Source of the DNA: Candidatus Latescibacterota bacterium
Lineage (GTDB): Bacteria > Krumholzibacteriota > Krumholzibacteriia > WVZY01 > JAKEHA01
Assembly (NCBI GenBank): GCA_963707635.1
Contig: OY970173.1
Span: 608,001-672,000, forward strand
DNA: 64,000 nucleotides
Reading direction: 5' to 3'
Made by a program: the position numbers and the translations under genes
Part shown: positions 1-8,721 of the stretch, piece by piece
Layout of the letters: the number at the start of each line of letters is the position of its first letter
Numbering within the stretch: the first letter of the stretch is position 1
Notes under the pieces: model-generated
Databases searched by the model: none
Seen by the model: only the letters and a program-made list of their open reading frames with translations
Told to the model about the DNA's origin: nothing

Positions 1-2
1 CG

Positions 3-563
3 GTTGCGTCCAACGCGGGCCGCTATCTCGACGAGATTGGCTACCAGGTGTCCTTTCACGCGAAAGGGGATTCCCTCGAGACTCCCAAGCTCCACCTGAA
101 GGCCAACCTGTTCGCGTCGCCCCAGGTGTGGGACGGCCTCATGGCCGACCCCGGGTGGGGTGAGGTTCTGAAGCTCTATGTCCAGTACCTCGCGCGGCAA
201 CAGGGGCAGGGGAAAGGAAAGGAAACACAACTCCACAGCGTCCGGGAGGTTCCCGAGGCGTTGGCGCGCAAGGTGAGTTCCGTTGTCAATGGATACTACG
301 ATTCGCTCTCGCCCGAACAGCAGAACGCGATGATTTCGTTCTTCACCATCGGCAGTGCCAACATGGATTACCGCAGTCAGGTCATGAACGGCGAAGTAAT
401 GGTGACGATCGGCGGCCCCAGCGGCCTGGTGGGCGTGATCGACTTCGTGCTGCTGGCCGGTCTGTGCGAGTGGCCGGCGACACCCGAACAGGTTGACGAA
501 CTGCTGCCGCCGCCGGGCTGGCTGCCGCGCAAGCTTTCCGCATTCATCAAAGTCGCTCTTTAG
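3..563 (+). CDS. Phospholipase D-like protein, C-terminal part (5' end beyond window)
   Basis: Frame is open from the window edge. Contains KLHLKA (HxK) and IGSANMDYRS, the segment that follows the HKD motif in PLD/cardiolipin synthases. Confidence 0.6.
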   Translation, partial: VASNAGRYLDEIGYQVSFHAKGDSLETPKLHLKANLFASPQVWDGLMADPGWGEVLKLYVQYLARQQGQGKGKETQLHSVREVPEALARKVSSVVNGYYDSLSPEQQNAMISFFTIGSANMDYRSQVMNGEVMVTIGGPSGLVGVIDFVLLAGLCEWPATPEQVDELLPPPGWLPRKLSAFIKVAL

Positions 564-579
564 GGCGGGCTGCGTGCGG

Positions 580-861
580 TCAACGCGATACGGACCCGGT
601 GACGGGCATCCGCATCCAGCGGGCGCGCATCGCGGAGAACACGCCGCAGGCGATGAGCACGAGCCCCGCGGCGGCGAGGAGCGTGCGGCCGAACGGTTGG
701 CGCAGGAGCCCCATCAGGGCATCATCCGTCCCGGCTGCGCGGTGGAGATTGCCATGGAACGCGGTGGTGACCAGAAACATCCCGATGGCCATGAGAACGA
801 TGCCACGGATTACAGTTCCGCGCCGGCTCAGACGAACGCCCACCCGCTTCGGCCAGGTCAC
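580..861 (-). pseudogene. DUF1206-family membrane protein, last repeat only (fragment)
   Basis: RGIVLMAIGMFLVTTAF...AAGTDDALMGLLRQPFGRTLLAAAGLVLIACGVFSAMRARW resembles the terminal DUF1206 repeat; the N-terminal repeats are missing. GTG start overlaps the upstream stop. Confidence 0.55.
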
Positions 862-1208
862 GCGTCGACGAGCACGGGTTCGGTGGACGCCTCGACGGAC
901 GCTGCAGTGGTCACCGGCGGGTCTTCCGCGAACGTGGGCGCGCTGGGCGCGGACTCGACCGGCACGCTTAGTCCGATTCCGTTTCCAACGATCACCGACA
1001 ACGCCTTCGGAACAACCTCCATCTCGACCACGTGCTGCTCTGGCGTGATGTTCATGTCGGAGTTGGTGAGCACTGGTTTCTCGGCGGTGATGCGCACGCG
1101 GCGGACACGGTAGGTCTTGAGATCGTTGGGCGATCCCGACGATGCGGCCATGACGAGTGCGATTGCGTTGACCCCGATGAGCGCTTCGAACAACGTCATT
1201 TCGATCAT
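858..1208 (-). pseudogene. Diacylglycerol-kinase (YegS/Rv2252)-like C-terminal fragment
   Basis: YRVRRVRITAEKPVLTNSD...VEMEVVPKALSVIV resembles the DAGK C-terminus. No GGDG catalytic domain. GGAGG RBS upstream. Confidence 0.45.
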
Positions 1209-1271
1209 TCCTCCGATTCTCGAACAAGCTGTTCGCGGCCCGACGGAAATCGAGACTCTACGAGTGGATGG

Positions 1272-1421
1272 CTAGACGACCCGCCGCCCCTGGATGACAC
1301 GGATCAGTACAATCACGATCGCGATGACCAGGAGGATATGGACGAATCCGCCCATCGTGTGCGCCGTGATCAGTCCAAGCAGCCAGAGAGCCAGCATGAT
1401 GACGGCAATAGTCCACAGCAT
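1272..1421 (-). CDS. lmo0937-family (DUF5670) small membrane protein, 49 aa
   Basis: Translated by hand (below the ORF-track cut-off): MLWTIAVIMLALWLLGLITAHTMGGFVHILLVIAIVIVLIRVIQGRRVV*. AGGTGG RBS-like sequence upstream. Confidence 0.9.
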   Translation of the reverse strand: MLWTIAVIMLALWLLGLITAHTMGGFVHILLVIAIVIVLIRVIQGRRVV

Positions 1422-1526
1422 GTTGCCCACCTACTTTCAGGGTTCAAGCGGGCACATTCCACAATTGAGCAAAGCTCATCGAGGTGCGTCGCCCGCAGTA
1501 TTCTTCCAGTCCGCGTAGTTATGAGC

Positions 1527-1603
1527 GATAGACTACCGGAGGCCGGCAACGGAAGTGAATCGACCGAAAGGGCGAAAAGGGAGCTAGTCCCTCGGATGGT
1601 TGC
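1527..1603 (-). promoter_or_regulatory. Conserved upstream element, copy 1 (putative promoter TTCACT-N18-TAGTCT plus GGACTAG box)
   Basis: About 61/78 identical to 6553-6630 by manual alignment. Both copies lie upstream of lmo0937-family sequences. Confidence 0.55.
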
Positions 1604-1782
1604 GGGGGGACGTCGGCAGTTCGCCGCCTTCGTTGCGGCGCTCTGTCGACAGGCGTTAGAGACGATTGACTTGTGTGGTGGAGGATTTCCGGTCAAGATG
1701 GTTTGGGAGTGTAAGGGCGCTGGTCTGGAGAGAATCGAGAAGTTGAGCGCCCTCGTGAATCGCAAATGAGAGGAGTCGCTCC

Positions 1783-2880
1783 GTGAGGCGTTGGTGGATC
1801 GCCGGACTAGTTGCAGTGTTCGCGATAGTGATTGCCTATGGCGTAGTGCGCCACTTCACGGGCGCGGAGTACATCGAAAAGCAGCTCTCTGCTGCGATTG
1901 CCTCGGCAAACGGTGTAAATCGGGTCAGGATCGGTTCTTCGAACTTCAGCCCGCTGCGCGGCTCTTTTTTTGCCAGAAACTTTGAGTTCCTGCCTGATAC
2001 GCTCTTGCTCGCGGAGAGAACACAAGCGGGAACGCCTCCGCGAGCTCGTTACTCCGTCACCGCATCTTCGCTTCGTGTACATGGCATCCGGCTCTGGCCG
2101 TTGCTGCGGAAACAGATTGTGGCCGATTCGGTGGCCATCGATGACGTTCGAATTGATGTCTATTTGGACCGCACGGCGGGGCCTGTGCCGCCGGTGAAAC
2201 CAGCTACATTGCCGCACATGGCCTTCCGGTCGATCGATCGACCGGTTCGCATCGACATCATCCGGCTGACAAACACCGCGATCAGCTATTCAGAAAGAGC
2301 CAGTGATGGTGGTGCGCCGGGAACGATTCGATTCACGGACCTGTGGGCGACCGCCTACAACGTGACAAACGACTCCACGCGCATGACACCGTCGACTCCG
2401 TGCACCATCGACCTGCGTACGCGGATCGCCGGAGCCGGTCGGTTGGACGCGACCTTCAGCTACGACCTCCTATCGCCGCGGTTGAGCATGACCTATCGCG
2501 GTACCGTCACCCGAATGAGCGCTGAACCGTTGAATGATCTCCTGATAAACCTGGAGGGAATCCGAATTACGAGCGGTGTCATCGATTCGACCTGGTTCGA
2601 TTTCAAAGTGAACGAAGACCTCGCCAGCGGAACGATGCAGGTCCTGTATCGGGATCTCGCGTTCGAGATGCTGGATAAGATCACTCTGGAGCGCGGCCTG
2701 GCCGCGCGTCTCCAGACGTTCATCGTCGACAAAACCAAGTTGAGCGGCGCCAACCCAGCCGACGATCGAACGCCGGCGAGGGTCGCTGCAATACTGCGCG
2801 AACGGCGCCCCGAGTCAGGGCTTCTTAGGTTCCTGTGGGAGACCCTGCGCGAAGGAATTCTGTCAACGCTGGGGGTATGA
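1783..2880 (+). CDS. AsmA/DUF748-like membrane-anchored beta-rich protein
   Basis: N-terminal TM anchor (WWIAGLVAVFAIVIAYGVV), beta-rich body, C-terminal RFLWETLREGILSTLG. GAGGAG RBS. Confidence 0.65.
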   Translation: MRRWWIAGLVAVFAIVIAYGVVRHFTGAEYIEKQLSAAIASANGVNRVRIGSSNFSPLRGSFFARNFEFLPDTLLLAERTQAGTPPRARYSVTASSLRVHGIRLWPLLRKQIVADSVAIDDVRIDVYLDRTAGPVPPVKPATLPHMAFRSIDRPVRIDIIRLTNTAISYSERASDGGAPGTIRFTDLWATAYNVTNDSTRMTPSTPCTIDLRTRIAGAGRLDATFSYDLLSPRLSMTYRGTVTRMSAEPLNDLLINLEGIRITSGVIDSTWFDFKVNEDLASGTMQVLYRDLAFEMLDKITLERGLAARLQTFIVDKTKLSGANPADDRTPARVAAILRERRPESGLLRFLWETLREGILSTLGV

Positions 2881-2881
2881 C

Positions 2882-3625
2882 GTGGACCAGCAACGCGGAA
2901 CCACTCCCACGTCCCAGACGCTCGCGGACTTCGGCGTTTGGCACCTGCGCCGCATCGACCTGCTCAAATCCGTCGACGCCGGGGAGCTGAGCCGTCTGAC
3001 GCGACTCGTACGGCTGCGCGAGTTCAAGCGCGGTGAAACCATCTATGTCATCAGCGGCAGTCGTGACGAACATTTGCAACGCATGTACTTTCTCCTCAAG
3101 GGAAGCGTCAAGATCAGCAGTGTCGACGATGCCAGCGGAAAGGAACTTCTGCTTCTGTTCATCAAACAAGGCGAGCCGTTCGGCCTCTTGAATTCGGTCG
3201 GCAACGAAGAGACCGACCTTCGCGCGGCGGCCATGCAGGCATCGCTGGTTGCATACGTTCCCCGGGACGATTTCGATACGCTCATCCATCAATCCGGCGC
3301 GTGCGCGCGACTCGTCAAGCTCATTGGCGAGCGGTCGGTCGAAGTTGTGTCCCGCTTCGAGGACCTGGCGTTTCGCAGCGTGCTTGCACGGCTTGCCCGG
3401 GTGTTGCTCCGCCTGGCCCGCGAATTCCCCCAGCAACGAGCGTGTGGTATGGGCATCGACGTCCCTCTCACGCAGCAGGATGTCGCCAACCTCATCGGCG
3501 CCCGCCGCGAGGTGGTGAGCACGCATTTGAGTCGCCTCAAACGCGAAGGTATCGTCGCGTTCCACACAAAACACATTTGCATCCACGATCCCGATGCGCT
3601 CGGCACGCTCGCTGAGACTGCATAA
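2882..3625 (+). CDS. Crp/Fnr-family transcriptional regulator
   Basis: cNMP-binding fold (MYFLLKGSVKI, GEPFG) and HTH LTQQDVANLIGARREVVSTHLSRLKREG. Confidence 0.92.
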   Translation: MDQQRGTTPTSQTLADFGVWHLRRIDLLKSVDAGELSRLTRLVRLREFKRGETIYVISGSRDEHLQRMYFLLKGSVKISSVDDASGKELLLLFIKQGEPFGLLNSVGNEETDLRAAAMQASLVAYVPRDDFDTLIHQSGACARLVKLIGERSVEVVSRFEDLAFRSVLARLARVLLRLAREFPQQRACGMGIDVPLTQQDVANLIGARREVVSTHLSRLKREGIVAFHTKHICIHDPDALGTLAETA

Positions 3626-3665
3626 GAACGCCACTCATCGTCTGGTTAGTTACTTGATCGTGTTA

Positions 3666-3687
3666 GCGTGTTAGCGCGCTAACACGC
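3666..3687. promoter_or_regulatory. Perfect 22-bp palindrome GCGTGTTAGCGCGCTAACACGC (operator-like)
   Basis: Exact inverted repeat, preceded by an extra CGTGTTAG half-site. Intergenic. Confidence 0.5.
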
Positions 3688-3826
3688 ACTCGTTCAGCCA
3701 TACCGACATACTCGAAGTACGCCCCTCTTCATCTTCACGACGAGTTCCGGGCACTCGTCATTTGCGGTCGCCACCAAGTTCTCCGTCACGCCCTGTTCGC
3801 TGGTCCCCGACAACCGGAGGTGTTCG

Positions 3827-5329
3827 ATGAGAAACCCCCACGGCAAGAGACTGCTCTGGCTACTCGTGCCCATTGTCATGGCTTTCACGGTCGCCGCACC
3901 GTACGCAACGACATTCTACGTCGCCCCCGGCGGCAACGACGCCGGCGCAGGGACGTCGGCCCAACCGTGGCGGACGCTGCAGAAAGCGGCCAACACGGCG
4001 CGGGCCGGTGACCTCGTGCTCGTCGCGAACGGCACCTACGTCGGCATGCAGATTACCGCCGACGGCACCGCGGCCGCTCCCATCACGTTTCGCGCCAATG
4101 GCGGCAGCGTGCTGGTCAACTCGCAAAACGCCTCGACGCCCGACAACATCAACATCGAGGGTGGCAACTACGTGACGGTGGAAGGATTCATCGTCGAGGA
4201 CGCGCCCCGCGTCGGGATTCGTGCCGTGACCGCCACGGGCATCAAGATCCTCAACAACACGGTCAGGCGAAGCGGGCTCACCGGCATCCTGACTGGTTAC
4301 ACGCCGTCGATAGAGATCTCGGGAAACTCCGCGTCGGGTTCCCTGGATGAACACGGCATCTACGTGAGCAACAGCACGAGCGCCGCCGACAACCCGATCG
4401 TGCGCGGCAACGAGTGCTTCGACAACAACAAGAACGGAATCCAGCTCAACGGCGATTGCGACGTCGGCGGCGACGGCATCATCTCCGGCGCGTTGCTCGA
4501 GAACAATGTCGTACACCACAACAACTGGAAAGGGTTCAGCTTGATCTCGGTGCAGAACTCGACGATACGGAACAATCTGATCTATGAGAACGGGCTGTTG
4601 GCCGGCGCCGGTGGTATCCACCTGGCGGATCAACCCGGCTGCGGCAAGCCGAGCAATAACAACGTGGTCGTCAACAACACCATCCACGAGCCGCGTATCA
4701 CCGGCATTCGGATGTCGAACGGCTCGACGGGAAACACGATCTTCAACAACCTGGTGATTGCCGCCAGTGTCTCGAAGGCGATCGTCGATGAGGGCAGCGG
4801 GAACTTCATCGACGCCGCGTCGAATCTGAAGCTGGCGTCCCTCGCGGGTCTGTTCGTGGCGCCGGGCTCGGAGGACTATCACCTGGCGCCGGCCAGTCCC
4901 GCCCTCAACCAGGCCTTGCTGACCTATCGAAGCGCGAGCGCGCCCGGGGCCGACATCGATGGGACGAATCGCCCGCAGGGTCCGCTCCCCGACGTCGGCG
5001 CCTATGAGCATGCCGTCTCGACCGGGATCAACGACGCGCCGGCCCTGGGCGTGGTGCTAGAGCAGAATGTACCGAATCCGTTCAATCCATCGACGCGGAT
5101 CGTGTACGTCGTGCAATCCCCGGGCGAGGTGCGGGTCAATCTGGATGTGTTCGACGTGCGTGGCCGACGCGTGCGCCAACTCGCGCGCGAACGTCCGTCG
5201 ACGGGGCAAGTGGTGGTCGTCTGGGACGGCCGCGACGACCACGGACGGGAAGTGTCGTCGGGAGTGTACTTCTATCGATTGGTGGCCGGGCCGACCACGA
5301 TCACGCGACGGATGACGTTGCTCAAGTGA
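3827..5329 (+). CDS. Secreted right-handed beta-helix protein with choice-of-anchor-Q-like segment and FlgD-Ig/T9SS-like C-terminal domain
   Basis: Signal peptide; FYVAPGGND...PWRTLQKA; Asn-ladder repeats; DYHLAPASPA...PDVGAYE; QNVPNPFNPST...SGVYFYRL...LLK. Confidence 0.85.
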   Translation: MRNPHGKRLLWLLVPIVMAFTVAAPYATTFYVAPGGNDAGAGTSAQPWRTLQKAANTARAGDLVLVANGTYVGMQITADGTAAAPITFRANGGSVLVNSQNASTPDNINIEGGNYVTVEGFIVEDAPRVGIRAVTATGIKILNNTVRRSGLTGILTGYTPSIEISGNSASGSLDEHGIYVSNSTSAADNPIVRGNECFDNNKNGIQLNGDCDVGGDGIISGALLENNVVHHNNWKGFSLISVQNSTIRNNLIYENGLLAGAGGIHLADQPGCGKPSNNNVVVNNTIHEPRITGIRMSNGSTGNTIFNNLVIAASVSKAIVDEGSGNFIDAASNLKLASLAGLFVAPGSEDYHLAPASPALNQALLTYRSASAPGADIDGTNRPQGPLPDVGAYEHAVSTGINDAPALGVVLEQNVPNPFNPSTRIVYVVQSPGEVRVNLDVFDVRGRRVRQLARERPSTGQVVVVWDGRDDHGREVSSGVYFYRLVAGPTTITRRMTLLK

Positions 5330-5431
5330 TCGAACCCCGGGAATGAACGCTCGCGGGCAGGTACGACGCCGAGCTGGTTGACCATCCTTGTGCACGTGCA
5401 ACCGGCGTCGTACCTACCGCAGCTAAACCTC

Positions 5432-5665
5432 TCACGTAGCCCGCTTGAGACTCCTGCGCGCGGACACTCCAACGAGCAAGCCACCCGCAATGAGAGCGGC
5501 TACGCCGACGGCGGGCGGCATTGATATCCGATCTTTGTGTTCCACGACGATATCGACCGGCCCGAGGTGGGTGGTGTCTCGATCCTTGACGTAGGTGACT
5601 CCACCCCAAATGATCCCGATGGTTCCGATTACGATGAGTAGGATGCCAATCATCTTCATGTTCAT
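5432..5665 (-). CDS. DUF3185-like small membrane protein
   Basis: MKMIGILLIVIGTIGIIWGGVTY...LGPVDI...MPPAVGVAALIAGGLLV. Confidence 0.75.
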   Translation of the reverse strand: MNMKMIGILLIVIGTIGIIWGGVTYVKDRDTTHLGPVDIVVEHKDRISMPPAVGVAALIAGGLLVGVSARRSLKRAT

Positions 5666-5686
5666 GCTGATGCCCCTGAGTGATGC

Positions 5687-6391
5687 CTATCTCGTTTTCA
5701 TAGGCGTGAAGTAATGCAAAAGTTGATTGGCCAGGGAAACGCGGAAGGTGCGAGGGGCGCGCTCACGCGTTTCACGCTGACGACTGCCGTTGCTGTGTAG
5801 CATGGGACGGACGACGGTTCGTTGATACTGCATGACGGCAAGGAGCGGCCCCATCCCGACCGAACCGCCGAAAACAATTGGCTCGGTGTCGCTGCGTTCG
5901 TCCGGTCCATGCACGGTCCCGCGCATGAACCCTCCGCGAAAGTTGTCGATCCAGGGCCCACCCGTGTTGCCGTCACCTGCGCCGGGAACGAAGAACAAGC
6001 TTTGGTCCGCGAACGGTACCCGGACGTATTCCGCGTAGGTTCCGTCAATCGTATTGCCCAGAATCATGCCGCCGTTCTCGCAGCGCGCATGCTCTCTGTG
6101 TTCGCAGTGCGCGCATGTCCCGCACGACGTCAGGCACGAAATCAACACACAATCGCCAGCCCGGAAGTTGGACACATCGTCGCCAACTCGTTCGATGATG
6201 CCGGTGCCTTCATGCCCAAGGATCCGCCCACGGGAAATGGGTGCGGCGCCGCCCTTCATGGAGCGCAGATCCGAACCGGAAATAGTCGCGTTCGTGACCT
6301 TGACAATGGCATCCGTTGCGGCCCTGATGACGGGCCGAGGCCTGTCCTCGAATACCCGCTTTCCGGGGCCGCGATAAACGAGCGCTTTCAT
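5687..6391 (-). pseudogene. Zinc-dependent alcohol dehydrogenase (MDR family), degenerate and truncated
   Basis: MKALVY.GPG, ILGHEG and C-x2-C-x2-C-x7-C are retained. Catalytic CGTDLH has become SGSDLR, and the Rossmann domain is decayed and cut short (234 aa vs ~345). Confidence 0.7.
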
Positions 6392-6420
6392 TACAGATCT
6401 CCCTTGTTCATTCTGCTCCT

Positions 6421-6552
6421 CTACACTTTCCGTCGACCCCGAATGACACGAACCGGTACCACCACGATCGCTATGACCAGGAGGAAAATCCGCCCATGGT
6501 GTACGACGTGATCAATCCCAGCAGCCAAAGCATCAGCATGATGACAGCGATG
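6421..6552 (-). pseudogene. Second lmo0937-family gene, lacking start codon and frameshifted
   Basis: Reads IAVIMLMLWLLGLITSYTMGGF / LLVIAIVVVPVRVIRGRRKV* across a small deletion. Paralogous to 1272-1421. Confidence 0.8.
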
Positions 6553-6630
6553 GATAGCTTACCGGAGGCCTGCCACTAGGTTGAATCGATCGAAGGGGTG
6601 AAAAGGGGACTAGTCCGTCGGGTGGGTTGC
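6553..6630 (-). promoter_or_regulatory. Conserved upstream element, copy 2 (TTCAAC-N18-TAAGCT plus GGACTAGTCC)
   Basis: Paralogous to 1527-1603. Confidence 0.55.
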
Positions 6631-6705
6631 CCGACGCGTCGCTCCTACGCGATCTTGTTAGGCTGCGACTTACGCAGTACCATTTGGGCAACCGAGGAGA
6701 GCGGA

Positions 6706-7299
6706 ATGAACATCAGACAGAGACGGCCCCTTCTTGTTTTGGCTGCACTGCTGGTTGCAGTGCAGCCTGCCTCCGTCATGGCCGATCAGAAGACGGAGCC
6801 GCCAGCCATCGGGCCTGCTGTATCCAGGGACGGGCAACACGACTTCGACTTTGCAATCGGTACGTGGAAGACCCAGGTATCGCGTCGGCTGCACCCACTG
6901 ACCGGGTCAGACACCTGGGTTGAGTATGAGGGCACGTCGGTGGTCCGTCCCGTGTGGAACGGAGCTGCGAACCTGGTCGAGCTGGTGATGGATGGATCGT
7001 CGGGTCACTTCGAGGGGATGAGCCTGCGTCTCTACAATCCGGACTCGAAGCAATGGAGCCTTAACTTCTCCAATCGGGCCGCTGGCACGATGGCCGTGCC
7101 GACAATTGGTGAGTTCAAAAATGGTCGGGGCGAGTTCTACAACCAGGAGACCTTTGCCGGGCGAGCGATCCTGGTTCGCTTTGTCATCTCTCCCATCAGC
7201 GCTGACACGTACCGGTACGAGCAAGCGTTCTCAGATGATGGTGGAACGACGTGGGAAGTGAATTGGATCGCCACGGATACCCGGCTCCCCGCCAGGTGA
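6706..7299 (+). CDS. Secreted DUF1579-like beta-barrel protein
   Basis: Signal peptide; HDFDFAIGTWK...EQAFSDDGGTTWEVNW. Confidence 0.7.
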   Translation: MNIRQRRPLLVLAALLVAVQPASVMADQKTEPPAIGPAVSRDGQHDFDFAIGTWKTQVSRRLHPLTGSDTWVEYEGTSVVRPVWNGAANLVELVMDGSSGHFEGMSLRLYNPDSKQWSLNFSNRAAGTMAVPTIGEFKNGRGEFYNQETFAGRAILVRFVISPISADTYRYEQAFSDDGGTTWEVNWIATDTRLPAR

Positions 7300-7534
7300 G
7301 CGCATCCGTGTGCGTCGTCACCTGAACTTCTAGGAGCCCGGGCGCATGGCGGAGACCTTCGCGGAGTGGCCGGAGGCGCAGCCGGCCACGACGAGAACCA
7401 GTGCCGACGGGATACGCAGACGCATCACACCACACCTCCCCAAAAAAGTTCGATCGCGGTGGACGCGGCCCGCGGTGCCCAGGTTTGCGGCGCGTCTCTT
7501 CCGCGATCGAACTTCTGTCTTCTGGCCAACGGGT

Positions 7535-7951
7535 CTACTGCATCGGGGAGCGCTCGCGGCTCCGCTCCGCGTCGTACTCGCGCTTGTCGATGAACGCGGC
7601 GATCAGGAGGCCGATGCCGATGAACATCGGAATCAATCCCCACAAGCCGTCTTCTCCGCCCGACTCACGCATCAGAGCGATCGTGAGCGCCAGACCGATG
7701 CCGGTCAGCACCAGGCCGTTGGCGCGCCGGTTGGAATACTTGGGCCGCTCCGGCCCGGCCACCTCGACGTCGTTCGGGACCGGAAGCCCTTTTTCCATGG
7801 CGATGATGCGCTCGCGGTGGGCGAGCTCCCGGCGGCGGCTGCCCATGACGATCGCGGTGATGGCGATCAGGACGCCGCCCACGACGGCCAGGATCGGGAT
7901 CGCCAGCGCGATCGCTTCGGTATCGACGAATCCAAAGATCGGGTTGTCCAT
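7535..7951 (-). CDS. DUF6249-family membrane protein (ECF-associated)
   Basis: TM helix, HRERIIAMEKGLPVP, GLVLTGIGLAL, WGLIPMFIGIGLLIA. Divergent from the ECF sigma. Confidence 0.8.
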   Translation of the reverse strand: MDNPIFGFVDTEAIALAIPILAVVGGVLIAITAIVMGSRRRELAHRERIIAMEKGLPVPNDVEVAGPERPKYSNRRANGLVLTGIGLALTIALMRESGGEDGLWGLIPMFIGIGLLIAAFIDKREYDAERSRERSPMQ

Positions 7952-8025
7952 AGTCTTCACTCCGTTGGTCTTGGGGCGGGCGAGCCCGCCGGGTCCGTGT
8001 GCTTCTGTCCGAAACTCACCCTCTT

Positions 8026-8053
8026 GGACCGGGCCCGCCGGCCCAGGGTTTCA
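8026..8053 (-). promoter_or_regulatory. ECF-type promoter TGAAAC-N17-GGTCC for the DUF6249 gene
   Basis: Same boxes and spacing as 8086-8113 on the opposite strand. Confidence 0.7.
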
Positions 8054-8085
8054 ACGATTTTTCCTCCGCGGTGGGCTACAATAGA

Positions 8086-8113
8086 TGAAACGCGCGCCCG
8101 GCCGGGGCGGTCC
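8086..8113 (+). promoter_or_regulatory. ECF-type autoregulatory promoter TGAAAC-N17-GGTCC
   Basis: Ends 23 bp upstream of the ECF start. Identical boxes to 8026-8053. Confidence 0.7.
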
Positions 8114-8136
8114 TATCGATTGGAGTCAAAAGCGCG

Positions 8137-8721
8137 GTGTCCCAGACAGAACGAGACCTCGTCGCGCGGGCGCTTCGTGGAGACGAGCGGGCGTTCCGGG
8201 ACCTGATCGCCCCGCATCACGCCATGGCGTATGCGGTAGTGCGAGCGGTGCTGGGGGTCCGGGGGCGCGAGGAAGTCGACGACGTCATGCAGATGGTCTA
8301 CTTGAAGGCGTACCAGGGGCTCGCGAACTTCCGCGGCGACGCGAAGTTCTCCACCTGGCTCTACCAGATTGCGCGGCGGGAGGCGATCGACGTATCTTCG
8401 AAGCGGCGCCTCGATACTGTCGACGTCGACGACGTGGAGATTGCGGCTGGCGGATCCGACGCGCCGGATTCGGCCCTCCGTGAGCACGACACCCGCGAGT
8501 GGGTCGAACGTGCGCTGGGCGAAGTGGACGAGACGTACCGGACCGCGATCGAGCTTCGTTACATGGCGGAGAAGTCGTACGAAGAGATCGCGGCGATCAT
8601 GAATCTCCCGGAGGGCACGGTGAAGACCTACGTGCACCGGGGGAAGATCGAGATGAAACGAATCCTGTCGCGCCCGGAGAGGCGCGCGCGCCCCGCCGGG
8701 GCGCGGGAGATGAAGCGATGA
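8137..8721 (+). CDS. ECF (sigma-70 group 4) RNA polymerase sigma factor
   Basis: Region 2 DDVMQMVYLKAY...FRGDAKFSTWLYQIA; region 4 SYEEIAAIMNLPEGTVKTYVHRG. Confidence 0.95.
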   Translation: MSQTERDLVARALRGDERAFRDLIAPHHAMAYAVVRAVLGVRGREEVDDVMQMVYLKAYQGLANFRGDAKFSTWLYQIARREAIDVSSKRRLDTVDVDDVEIAAGGSDAPDSALREHDTREWVERALGEVDETYRTAIELRYMAEKSYEEIAAIMNLPEGTVKTYVHRGKIEMKRILSRPERRARPAGAREMKR

